A stretch of DNA of 64,000 nt from Octopus vulgaris (GCA_951406725.2 OX597837.1:37944001-38008000), one strand, 5' to 3'; positions 16,083 through 28,809 are shown, counted from the first letter of the stretch. Program-made: numbers and translations. Notes: generated by a model not told the origin, from the sequence alone.

Positions 16083-16677
16083 TTTTCTCCCTTCTTTCTT
16101 TCCTTCCCTTTTCTCTTTCTTTTCTTTCTTTCTTTCTTTCTTTCCTTCCTTTTCCCTTTCTTTTCTTTTTACTTTCTTTTCTTTCTTTCTCTCGCGATAT
16201 TTGTGTCTCTGTCTGTCTTTATCTCTCTCTCGCACACACACACACAGACACACACACACACTCAAACACACACACACACACGCGCAAACACACACACACA
16301 CATCGGCAAACACACACGCACACACACACGCAAACACACACACACACAAACACAAACACACACACACACACGCACACACACACACACACACATGCAAACA
16401 CACACACACACACTCAAACACACGCAAACACACACACACACACATACACACATATATGTATATGTATATATTTATATCCATGTTTGTATGTACTTATGTA
16501 TGGCTATGTATGTAAGTATATAGATATGCGTATAGATAAGTATGGATGTATGTTTGACCTTTCGGCGATGTGGTATCTTTTTAACTTTTCGTTTTTGCAG
16601 GAAAAAAGAAAAAAAAGATGCCAGTCACTAAGAAAGCGACAAGCCTCTTTCCTTGATGTTATAACATTTCTTGGTTA

Positions 16678-16771
<94 letters not shown>

Positions 16772-16935
16772 ATCTATCTATCTGTAGTAAAGGAAAATTA
16801 CTGTCGTAAACGAAGCTTGACTGAGGGTGTGAATAATACCTACATTGCTAGAAATAGGAGCTAAAATGTTCCAATGCTGTTACAAAGCACATAACATATA
16901 CACTGATAGGAGCTGCAATCACCCCAAAAACCGAA

Positions 16936-17092
16936 CCGAGAATTTCCCAGACTGACCAGTCTGTTTTGGCTATTGCCATAGTCATCTTCAGTAAGGCCAG
17001 CTCTTAGCCCAGAATCAAACGAACGAGCTGGTTTTACTGATGAAGGCCACGGCAATAGACGAAACTGACTAGTCAGTCTCAGGAATTCTCGG
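16936..17092. ncRNA. Foldback of two inverted hammerhead-like motifs
   Basis: Arms 16936-17003 and 17025-17092 are imperfect reverse complements. The + arm reads CTGATGA(17037)...GAAAC-TGACTAGTCA-GTC(17078). The - arm reads CTGAAGA-TGACTAT-GGCA-ATAGCC-AAAAC-AGACTGGTCA-GTC. Confidence 0.7.
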
Positions 17093-17280
17093 GTGGATAT
17101 ACGACTTTACACATCACATCATATATACATACACACGTCCAGACCTCTCATACGCACTACATACTCTCTCATACACACACACACACTCTTATGTTGGGGC
17201 GAGGTCATTTAACCCTATTATCTCCCCTAATTTCGCTCTTGCGTCTCACGTTTGATCTTTGACTTCTGGCCGAAATCAGA

Positions 17281-17502
17281 TCGCCATGTTGATTCGCTAG
17301 CCTCTGCACGCATTTTTTTCTCTCCTTGTTTCTCTCCTTGTTTCTCTACGTGTTTCTTTTCTGTGTATCTTTCTGTTGAAGAGCGTAGGCTCGAAACGTA
17401 AAAGACTTGTTTTATTTATATTCCTGAGCGCCATACTAATACAATTGTTTGTTTGTATTCCACCTGCCTTCGTCTTTTGTTTATTTTCATAAAGCTTCCC
17501 GT
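17281..17502 (+). mobile_element. Family H1 repeat with HHR-like motif at 17368-17405
   Basis: tcttt-CTGTTGA-A-GAGC-gtag-GCTC-GAAAC-GTA-aaaga; helices I and II pair perfectly; the copy ends in (TA)n. Confidence 0.7.
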
Positions 17503-17545
17503 TATATATACATATATATACATATACATATACATACATACACAC

Positions 17546-17600
<55 letters not shown>

Positions 17601-17637
17601 CATACATACATACATAAATACATACATACATACATAA

Positions 17638-17866
17638 GGCGAGCTGGCAGAAACGTTAGCACACCCGGCGAAATGCGTAGCCGTATTTCGTCTGCCGTTA
17701 CGTTCTGAGTTCAAATTCCGCCGAGGTCGACTTTGCCTTTCATCCTTTCGGGGTCGATAAATTAAGTACCAGTTACGCACTGGGGTCGATGTAATCGACT
17801 TAATCCGTTTGTCTGACCTTGTTTGTCCTCTCTATGTTTAGTCTCCTGTGAGTAATAAATAAATAA
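17638..17866 (+). mobile_element. SINE family B, near full length
   Basis: GGCGAGCTGGCAGAAACGTTAGCAC (A-box-like), GAGTTCAAATTC (B-box-like), A-rich tail; many near-identical copies in the window. Confidence 0.9.
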
Positions 17867-17940
17867 TAATGATGATGATGATGATGATGATAACAACAAC
17901 AGTAATAATAATTTAAAAAGAATTTTTAAAAATTTTTATC

Positions 17941-18480
17941 TAGTTTCAGCTCACAAGCTGTGGCCATGCTGGGGCACCGCCATTTGGTGTTGCTACATGG
18001 TTTTTCTTCACGAATGCTTTTTAGCAACTGCCATTTGGTGCATGAGAGAGTTCGATGCAGCTGCCCTCATCTGCACCTCCTGCCGTGAAGTTGGTTCATC
18101 TGGGACACCTGACAAGAAGAGATCCAGTTTTATTTTGAAGACACCTGCATCCATCCCATGCAGGTCTCTTAGGTTCTTCGGGAGGATATTGAAGAGCTGT
18201 GGGCCTCGGAAGCCCAGGCTATCACAGTATCTTGTCCTACATCTTGATGGCAAATTCGAGTCCTTTGCACTATGCAGTGGCGCCCAGTTTTGGCATTTGT
18301 GTAACTCTCGATGCCAAATTTGGGACAAGTCCTTCCAGGATCTTCCAGATGTATATTATGGCATATCTTTCTCACCTACGCTCTTAGGAATAGAGTCTCA
18401 ATCTCTTGAGTCTTTCCCAATATGTCTGTATTTCGGACAGCTTCTGATGTTATCTTCCAGCAGTTAATGTATTTTCTTCT
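17941..18480 (-). mobile_element. 3' end of a CR1/L2-group LINE (ORF2 C-terminus, disrupted)
   Basis: ORF 18008-18328 encodes SLGFRGPQLFNILPKNLRD...FKIKLDLFLSGVPDEP...RAAASNSL. Upstream frameshifted WERLKRLRLYS and IIYIWKILEG motifs. Homologous to 32050-32660. Confidence 0.85.
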
Positions 18481-18564
18481 CCCAAAGTCAAAGGTCCAGT
18501 CTAGTATCCCAAATGATGGCACTGCCAAAGCATTGAGGAATATAGTTGCACACACACAAACGCA

Positions 18565-18647
<83 letters not shown>

Positions 18648-18694
18648 TTATATATGCATGCACGTATGTATGTATGTGTATGTGCGTCTGATGT

Positions 18695-18915
18695 GTGTCT
18701 GTGTCTTTGTACCAGTGCTTTTCCCTCACTAGCGCTTGGCAACCGGTTCTTAGCGGTTCGGCAAAATGAGACCGATAGAACAAGTACCAGGCTTAAAAAA
18801 ACAAAGAAAACTCTGTAAGTCCCGAGGTCGACTTATTCAACTAAAAACGCTTCAAAGTGGTGCTCCAGTATGGCCGCAGTCAAATGACTGAAACAAGTAA
18901 AAGAATAAAAAGAAA
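18695..18915 (+). mobile_element. SINE family A, 3' part
   Basis: TTAGCGGTTCGGCAAAATGAGACCGATAGAA...GGCCGCAGTCAAATGACTGAAACAAGTAAAAG. Confidence 0.8.
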
Positions 18916-19498
18916 AAAAGAAGAATACTGTAGAAGTGTTGTATCGTGGATATCCTCGTCGCCACTCTTGTATGGTGGCATTGTATACCACTTTTATAAC
19001 GTGGACTTATAACAGCGGGATATACAATACTACAAAAACGGAGAAGACACCAAATGTCTCCAAATACTCCGCCAACAACTGTAACCAATAAAAAACAACT
19101 TCTCATCGATTTCCTGCGACTCCACGAACGTACGAACGACACCTTTCGACTTCCTGCAATTTCTCATTTCCCACTCAGTCAAACATGCTGCTACTTATAC
19201 GAGTCAGGCTAATCCATTCTCACCGGGGTGTCATGATCTCGCCACAACAGGAAATATAACCAATTCATTGCCCCTAATTTTTAACAACCAAGTCTTATAG
19301 GGTCGTATGAAACCCGGTTGAACCAGTGATGTAGTCATGCAATCAGATTCCTTAAGGACAACTTTGTTGACGACGAGCTGTTCGGCGCAGCCCCAAAATA
19401 TTTTTCTTTCAGAATCAGGGTCGGATTAAGACCCTTAATGGTCCTAAGCACTTAAAAGATTTTGGTGCCCTTATATATTTGGAATTCAAAATATAGAT

Positions 19499-20275
19499 AA
19501 CAAGAGCACCCAGAGAGTGCAAACTTCCGCCAAAGCAACACCAACGTCCTCTCAATGATTAGCCAGAAATGATTTTTACCATGAGAATATCTGAAATAAA
19601 CTCGACTGCTCTCACGAACGAGAATATAAAAAATGAACCCTTCCGCTCTTAAAAGTTAAGTAAAAAAAATAAAATCAGGAAAAATAATCCAGAATAGGCG
19701 CAGGAGTGGCTGTGTGGTAAGTAGCTTGCTTACGAACCACACAGTTCCGGGTTCAGTCCCACTGCGTGGCACCTTGGGCAATTGTCTTCTACTATAGTCT
19801 CGGGCCGACCAAAGCCTTGTGAGTGAATTTGGTAGACGGAAACTGAAAGAAGCCCGTCGTATATATGTATAAATATATATATGTATGTGTGTGTATAATT
19901 TTGTGTGTCTGTGTTTGTTCCCCCCCCCCAACATCGCTTGACAACCGATGCTGGTGTGTTTACGTCCCCGTAACTTAGCGGCTCGGCAAAAGAGAACGAT
20001 AGAATAAGTACTAGGCTTACAAAGAATAAGTCCTGGGGTCGATTTGCTCGACTAAAGGCGGTGCTCCAGCATGGCCACAGTCAAATGACTGATCAAGTAA
20101 AGAGTAAAAGAATCCTTGTCCGGTACCAGATCGATCCCAAAATCTAATCAGTTCATGCCAGTCTCGAGGCCAGACATCCCTGAAAGTTTCATCCGAATCC
20201 ATCCAGTGGTTCTTGAGATATCTTGTCCATGGACAAACAAACAAACAAACACGACTGAGAACAATAAAAAATAAA
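19499..20275 (+). mobile_element. Putative non-autonomous DNA element (DINE/Helentron-associated-like) split by a SINE insertion
   Basis: Starts ACAAGAGCACCCAGAGAGTGCAAACTTCCGCCAA and resumes after the SINE with AATCC...CCAAAATCTAATCAGTTC...GAAAGTTTCATCCGAATCC and an internal (CAAA)n. The family assignment rests on recalled resemblance only. Confidence 0.35.
19697..20110 (+). mobile_element. SINE family A, full length
   Basis: tRNA-like head GGCGCAGGAGTGGCTGTGTGGTAAG...GGGTTCAGTCCC, CCTTGGGCAA core, internal microsatellite, 3' stem-loop CAGTC-AAAT-GACTG. Confidence 0.9.
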
Positions 20276-20434
20276 AATCCACTCACAAGGTTTTGGTTGG
20301 CCCAAAGTAGATGACACTTGCTCAAGATGTCACGCAATGGGTCTGAATCCGCAACCATGTGGTTGATCAGCAAGCTACTTACCACACAGCCACTCTATGT
20401 ATATATATATATATATATCTAAAAAAAAGTACGC

Positions 20435-20695
20435 CATCCAAAGAGATAAATATAATTTAATATTCACATTATAAAGATACGAGCTACTAGCAGTTTCTTG
20501 CTGTGAAGACACGTGTCTCCAAGCTGTTCCAGGCTCTGAGCCCATAATCTGTTTAATTTGAAAATCCGGACGCTGGATACACAGGATGTGTTATAAAAAA
20601 AATCTGCCTAGACACGTGTCTTCACAGCAAGAAACTATTAGTAACTTGTATCTTTATACAGTGTCTATTAAATGATATTTATCTCACACTGGATG
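20435..20695. repeat. Foldback/MITE-like inverted repeat with ~85-bp arms
   Basis: 20435-20518 is the imperfect reverse complement of 20610-20695, including a perfect AGTTTCTTGCTGTGAAGACACGTGTCT block. Confidence 0.85.
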
Positions 20696-20911
20696 TTGTT
20701 CGTTTTTGTTAATCTTACTATAACGGAAAAGTAAACTATGTATGCAGGTACGTACAAACATACATACAGCTTTTACCATTTTCTGGACACTCTGACTAAT
20801 TATCCGCACCTTCTACTGTCATTTTGCGATTATTACCAATTTCTTTGACTCTTCCTCTAATCACAGAATTCTTATATTTTCTCTCATTTTCAAATTTTAG
20901 TTCAACCCTTC

Positions 20912-21126
20912 TTTCTTTTACTCTTTTACTTGTTTCAGTCATGTGACTGTGGCCATGCTGGAGCACCGCCTTTAGTCGATCAAATCGACCCCAGGACTTA
21001 TTCTTTGCAAGCCTAGTAATTATTTTATCGGTCTCTTTTTTGCCGAACCGCTAAGTGACGGGGGACGTAAACACACCACCATCGGTTCTCAAGCGATGTT
21101 GGGGGGACAAACACAGACATACATAC

Positions 21127-21205
<79 letters not shown>

Positions 21206-21365
21206 TACGACGGGCTTCTTTCAGTTTCCGTCTACCAAATCCACTCACAAGGCTTTGGTCGGCCCGAGGCTATAGTAGAAGACACTTACCCAAGGTGCCA
21301 CGCAGTGGGACTGAACCCGGATCCATGTGGTTCGTACGCAAGCTACTTACCACACAGCCACTCCT
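20912..21365 (-). mobile_element. SINE family A, near full length
   Basis: Reverse complement of 19697-20110 with a longer internal (TA)n. Confidence 0.9.
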
Positions 21366-21854
21366 AGGCCCTTCGTTATTTCTTAAATAAAAAAAACCCT
21401 TTTTACCCCTCTACTTACTTTTGCTTCTTTTGTCATACATCAATAACACCTTGTACGCTGTTGTTCCTATCCTACTCACTTCGCCAATATCTTTATTCTT
21501 TCACATATTCGCTCTTTCCTCCTCACATATACGCTTTCACACTCCCCTCTAACAATTAAGCACACGCTAACGCATAACACATCGCTACAAACAAACACCG
21601 TTATACTTCCACGCTTGTACACTTCCGTACGCATACACGACGCTAAACACACACGCACACAACTACCCACCCCCGTGCTCGCTTCCTGATACAAATGCAG
21701 TCTTATACATGCATCAAAACACACGATCAATCTTCTCCTTTTAACTTTACCTTCCCCACACAACAGTATTCCACGCCGATTGCTAACCTTTGTCTGTTTC
21801 GTCACATCCCGCCGGCAATTACGCTTCCTCACTTCCTGTATGCAGGGGATTTCT

Positions 21855-21892
21855 TTCTTCTGATGAAGGTTTAACGCCCGAAACGTCGAACC
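21855..21892 (+). ncRNA. Minimal hammerhead-like motif (Penelope pLTR type)
   Basis: CTGATGA(21860)-AGGTTTAACGCCC-GAAAC-GTC. Helix III is reduced to the ACGT palindrome, and helices I and II are weak. Confidence 0.55.
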
Positions 21893-22063
21893 ACATTCCC
21901 TTTCCACTAAAGCGTTTCCATAAAATGTTATTTGTCAAACTTTCTTCCAACTGTTTTGCTCTTTTTATTGTTCAGCGTATTTACTCTATGTATGTATGTA
22001 TGTATGTATGTATGTATGTATGTATGTATGTATGTATGTATGTATGTATGCATGGATGGATGC

Positions 22064-22137
<74 letters not shown>

Positions 22138-22146
22138 TTCCATCTG

Positions 22147-22319
<173 letters not shown>

Positions 22320-22728
22320 ATTCAATTTTTTTTTGTTCTTTTCTTCCCTTTTACGATCCCTCTTGATCGAAAACCTACGCCACCCCCTTTTTTTTTCTTT
22401 TGTTTTTTGTTCTCTTCATCCCCCAAAAGAAAAGCTCTACTTTGTAACTTGTCCCATCTGTGTGCAGCCCTGTGTGGCCAATAAAGAAACTTATCTATCT
22501 ATCTATCTATCCATCCTTGCATTACAAACGTTACACCTTACAAGATGCTTCTTGTAGAGAACTGCGCAGCCGTACTCAGACACGTCAGAATACACGATGC
22601 ACCTTTCACACTTTGATGAATGAGTGCCTGGGAGACGCCGATCTCCGGATGAGTTATTTTGCAAGTGGTTGGCACGTTAGGAACATAAAATAATTTCCCC
22701 TTTTAAACACCTTGAATATATATATGTA

Positions 22729-22863
<135 letters not shown>

Positions 22864-22994
22864 ATATATATATGTATGTATATATATATTTATATACATA
22901 TGTATATATATATATATGTATATATATATGTATGTATATATATATGTGTATGTATATATATATGTATATCTATATATACATATGTATATACATA

Positions 22995-23071
<77 letters not shown>

Positions 23072-23119
23072 GTATTGGTGGCAGATATATTGACCGTATG
23101 ACTAAGGGCACATGTACTA

Positions 23120-23154
<35 letters not shown>

Positions 23155-23166
23155 CCTGTACATAAA

Positions 23167-23219
<53 letters not shown>

Positions 23220-23407
23220 ACACACACAGAAATATCTGTACAGAAATACATACATTAACTTATTAAAAAAAGAAAATGTGAGGCGGGGAAAAAGGGGACG
23301 GTTCACTGCTCCGGAGTAGAAGCGTTTTATAGAGTGTCCCCTTGATGTTGTAGTGTTGTGGGGTCCATTAGAGACGTAGCTAAATAATGTGTAAATGATA
23401 GGGGTCC

Positions 23408-23440
<33 letters not shown>

Positions 23441-23781
23441 TGTATGTATGTATGTATGTATGTATGTATGTATGTATGTATGTGAGTATGTATGTGGGGT
23501 GTGTGGGTGCTAGTAATTATGAAAAAATGTATGTGTTTGTATATATGTGTGTGTATGTATGTTTATGCATGTGGCTATGTGTGTGCATAAATCGATGCAT
23601 GTGTATAAGTAAGGCTGCATCTATGCATTCATATATATTAACAAATACGCGTGCACACACATATATACACACATATAATGTAATTTCATACATATATACA
23701 TCCATTATTACATTCATATAGCCAATTACGTGTGTATGTATTTTTGTGTATGTGCCTCTCTCTCTCTTCTCTTTCTCCCTC

Positions 23782-23818
<37 letters not shown>

Positions 23819-23877
23819 CACACATATATGTATGAATATATAAATATATACGTATATATAGATATTAAAACGTAAAT

Positions 23878-23916
<39 letters not shown>

Positions 23917-24017
23917 TACACACATACAATGTATATATAATGAATATATATACAAAATGGTTTTTTATATGCTAGCCACTTTATAAAATCTTATATAGAC
24001 TTTACCCTTGATTATAA

Positions 24018-24128
<111 letters not shown>

Positions 24129-24145
24129 TATATATACATACATAC

Positions 24146-24178
<33 letters not shown>

Positions 24179-24291
24179 CATACATATATATAAATATACA
24201 TATACATACATACGTATATATATATATACATACACGTATGTATGTATGAAAGAGAGAGAGAGTACGTTTGAGAGTGCGAGAGAGAGAGAGA

Positions 24292-24379
<88 letters not shown>

Positions 24380-24749
24380 GTGCCAGGTTGTAGCTGTGAA
24401 CTCGTCTGCGCCTGTACATAAGCATATGTCCGTAACTACGAATATGGATGTACGTGTAGTTAAATTAGAAAGCCCTGCACCAACACCCCCGCCAAAGCCC
24501 TCCACCTCCTTAATCCATCCATCCATCCATTCCATCCATCCATCCATCCATCCCCTGTTAATAATAATCCATCCAGAATGCTGCCATTTCTCTAAGAGGC
24601 TCTTCGACAACTCACGTCACCGGCGCTTTTATCTAATTGCGTTAATTTCACCGTTCCGAGCAGACAGACAGACAGACAGACAGGCAAGCAGATAGACTGG
24701 CAGCCAGGCAGACAGACTGGTCGACTGAGTGTTTGTGAAAATGCGTGCG

Positions 24750-24794
<45 letters not shown>

Positions 24795-24832
24795 ATATCT
24801 AAATACATTCGTACGAATACGTTTAGAAAGGT

Positions 24833-24931
<99 letters not shown>

Positions 24932-24935
24932 AATG

Positions 24936-25134
24936 TGACCGCGTGTGTACTGTTGGCGATTTTTTTTCCTCTGTCTTCCCTTCTTTGGATCTTTCCTTCT
25001 CCTGTGTTTCCGACGAAGAGCTCCGCTCGAAACGTTAAACCCTCCTTCTTCCCTTCTTTCCTGAGCGTCCAATAATACTATATTTGTTCAACGTCCTCGC
25101 GTTGTTGTGTCTTTTTGTGCTTTCATGTTTGGAT

Positions 25135-25140
<6 letters not shown>
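24936..25140 (+). mobile_element. ~200-bp repeat (family H2) with HHR-like motif at 25006-25040
   Basis: gttt-CCGACGA-A-GAGC-tcc-GCTC-GAAAC-GTT-aaac. A second copy at 35879 starts at the same TGACCGCGTG. Ends in (TA)n. Confidence 0.7.
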
Positions 25141-25200
<60 letters not shown>

Positions 25201-25755
25201 TATACATATATATGTGTGCATGTATGTATGTATCTTTCTCTCTTTATCTATCTATCTATCAATCTGTTTGACCGCTCATCCATCCATCCATCCATCCATT
25301 CATCCCTGTCTGTCTATCTATCTGAAATTATATGAGCGTCTACATGTCTGTGTGAGCGTGTATGGGATCGTGCGAGTGTGTTCCGAAGTGGACTTTACCT
25401 TTCGTCCTTTCAGGGTCGATAAATTAAGTACCAGTTGCGTACTTAACTTAATTGCGATAAATTGCGATAAATTAAGTACCAGTTGCGTATTGGTGTCATT
25501 CTAATCGACTGGGCCCCTGCCTTAAATTTGAGGCCGTGTGCCTCCAATAGAAATGATTATTATTATCGTCAATGTTCATTATCACCGCTGAACGTGTTTT
25601 GAGATTTCTGTATGTCTTGGGTTTATTTTCTTTTCCTAAACCTGTATTTATTAATTTTATTGGTTTTCCTTGTTGTTAAGCCGACCAGTACTCCAAAGGA
25701 CTGGTCATATGCTTTTTGTTACTCGTGATAAAATTAATAAAAAATATAAAAAGAA

Positions 25756-27063
25756 ATCGGCCATCTACAAGGATGACGAGATGTTCTCCATCGCCCCAGC
25801 AGACATTTTGGAAATGGTATTGGTGTATCGTTGCTTAAATGCCTCTCTCTCTCTCTCTTCCATTCCTTGAAACCTCCACTCCAGCTTTTTTATTGGTATA
25901 ACGTTTTTATCCACCGTCCTTCAGTGCCATTTAACGGCATGCACACACTGTTGATAATGATGATGCTGTTTTGGGAAGTGGTATGACCTAAGTACGAATT
26001 TTAGACTTCATTAGATAGCGGGGCCCTAGTTCGAGATTCCTTGGCTTCTGAGGAGCGTGGAATCACCTCTTAGCCATTATTATTCCCAAATCTGTGAACT
26101 AGATTCCCAATGCAAATTTATGTAGGCTGTAGTTATTTTTATAGAAGCCCCAGGACATTGCTTCTTAGCAAATATTTCCTAAGATGTCTTCCACTTATTT
26201 GTCTTCGCCGGCGTTCAACCCTTTCGCATTCAGATTAATTTATTAAATATAATGCTTATTTATTCACATAAAAATAATTAATCTTGTATTATCTTGTAGC
26301 TCTGAAATTTCGAAGATGTGATTGCTTATTTTTAGAATGACATTACAGGGTAAGTGTATGAGGCTGGATCTGGCCAGTTTGAACATTAAACAGGTAGAAT
26401 ATTATTTGTGCTGGATATGGCCTGTTTAAATGCTAAAGTGAGAATGTAGTTGAGGCTCACTTGAAGTCAAAATTTCCCTTTACTCAGCACTACAGCTGTA
26501 GCAATGACATATAACACTAACGGAAGGATCACTAGCAACAACATCAGCAACAGGACAGCAGTGAATGTGTCAAACATAGCTGGAGACAGGAACAGTGAAA
26601 ACTCTAAGCAAGCAGATCGGAGAACTGTACGGCCGTCGTAAAAACGTTATAGGCTGCTGGACAAAGAAGCAATGTCTTGGGGCTTCTTTAAAAATAACTA
26701 CAGCCTACATAAATTTGTATTGGGACTCTAGTTCACAGATTTGGGAATAATAATGGCTAAGAGGTGATACCACGCTCCTCAGAAGCCAAGGAATCTCGAA
26801 CCAGGGTCCTGCTACGTAATGCAGTTTAAAATTCGTACTTAGGACATACCACTTCCCAAAACATCATCACTATCAACAGTGTGTGCATGCCGTTATATGG
26901 CACTGAAGGATGGTGGATAAAAATATTATACTAATAAAAAAGCTGGAGTGGAGGTTTCAAGGAATGGAAGAGAGAGGCATTTAAGCAACGATACACCAAT
27001 ACCATTTCTAAAATGTCTGCTGGGGCGACGGAGAGCATCTCGTCATCCTTGTAGATGGCCGAT
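25756..27063. repeat. Long inverted repeat with ~400-bp arms and ~500-bp spacer
   Basis: 25756-26166 is the imperfect reverse complement of 26664-27063. Also visible as near-identical ORF translations (SAIYKDDEM..APADILEMVLVYRCLNASL) on opposite strands. Confidence 0.95.
26216..26440. mobile_element. Degenerate MITE, possibly piggyBac-type
   Basis: Ends AACCCTTTCGCATT / AATGCTAAAGTG form decayed terminal inverted repeats; the TTAA target site is not intact. Confidence 0.4.
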
Positions 27064-27289
27064 CGCTTGTGCGGTGATTTTGTGTAAAGTGAAGAAACGT
27101 TGCGCACCGTCAACCCCACTCTATCATCCGTGACCATCTAGTGGCAAGACCAGGTCAAGACGACTAGGAATGGAAACAGCTGCAGTTGATGACAAAGATG
27201 TCTTTCTTGCCTTATCTTACTTTCTGCTCTCGACAGTTGCATTGCTACAGCCACCTTTCCTTCCTTTGAACCATGAAGGTTCGGCTTAG

Positions 27290-27600
27290 GAGTAGAGCCA
27301 CCTGCTCAATGACCTCAAGTCACTAGATATAGATGTGGTGGCATTTCAGCGAGACCAGAATTTCCGAGGTACAAGTGAGAAGTCTAGAAGAGGAGCTCGA
27401 AAGAGCCACTGCGACCGATGTGCAGACGGCAGTATGTGCTCTCGACATTTCTTCAAGGGTAACTACGAAGGCGTCGTTGCCAGAGCTGCGATACGGAGGA
27501 GCGAATGCCATTTGGTGGGCCTACCTCCATGGCCAACAAAGGCAGAGTGTTGCGAAAGGCCGATAAGCAACCACGAGAAACGTTGACGAGCAGATCAGAG
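27290..27600 (+). mobile_element. Internally deleted L1/Tx1-like LINE ORF2 relic
   Basis: Translates HLLNDLKSLDIDVVAF/SETR (AP-endonuclease N-terminal D..ET motif), then VRSLEEELERA...YEGVVARAAIRR (linker-like), with frameshifts. Confidence 0.55.
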
Positions 27601-27666
27601 GGACAAATCACATAATTCGCACGTGAAACTTTTCCCAGTTTTTCTCTTTCATGTATATCAAAATTA

Positions 27667-27717
<51 letters not shown>

Positions 27718-27744
27718 GTCTGTCTGTCTGTCTATATATCTAGC

Positions 27745-28246
27745 TGTAGCTAAATAGTTGAATGATCTCCCTTGCAAGAAAGATTATAGAGTAACCTCCC
27801 TTTTGTAAGTTTCTCGAAGCCTCTGCATCATGAGACATGATTCTTAATTATTCAAAAAGCTTAGCGTTTCTCTTGGAAGGTTCTAGAATGTTTAACGTGC
27901 CATTAATAAAAACAGCTTGCTAACCCTGCTCTTTGCTTCTTAGTCGATTAGACATAGAACCATTCACATCATTGCTATTTCTCTACGCCACATGACTGAA
28001 AAACCACCTCTTAGCTGTTATTTCTACATTTCCTATCTCTGGACTTTCTTGCATAGATTATTACTTCATTCAACTAGATTCTACATTTTGATTCTATGTA
28101 TCATCATCATCGACCAATAAATAAAATATCTTTCTATGCAGTAAATATATAGGTCTGGCATTTATTCTTCATCTCTTTATGAACTCTTGTAATAATATAC
28201 ACACATCCACATCAACACCTGGTACTGACTATACATAACTACTACA
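27745..28246. mobile_element. Probable solo LTR (~502 bp)
   Basis: Unique island inside (CTGT/CTAT)n that starts TGTAG and ends CTACA. Flanks CTAGC/CTATC resemble a 5-bp TSD (4/5 match). Internal AATAAA. Confidence 0.55.
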
Positions 28247-28352
<106 letters not shown>

Positions 28353-28508
28353 GTGTGTGTGTGTGTCTGTCTGTCTGTCTACCTACTTTCCTATTTATCT
28401 ATCTGTCAGTCTGTCTGTCTGTCTGTCTGCCTGCCAGCCTGCCTGTCTATGTATGTATGCATGTGTCTGTCTATATATTTATTTCTGTGTATGTGCATGT
28501 GTATGGTG

Positions 28509-28548
<40 letters not shown>

Positions 28549-28556
28549 ATATACAT

Positions 28557-28596
<40 letters not shown>

Positions 28597-28809
28597 TGAT
28601 CTAAATATACAACACAAAGAAAATTAATTAACGAGATGAATTGCTATACACACATACCCATACACACTCACACACACACACATACACATACACACAAACA
28701 CACACACACACACACACACACACCGAAGACGCGCGCGCGCATTCATGTGTGCATAAATAAGATAATGCTTTGTTAGCGTTACACAAAAGATCGGTTAATT
28801 GTTGTGAAT

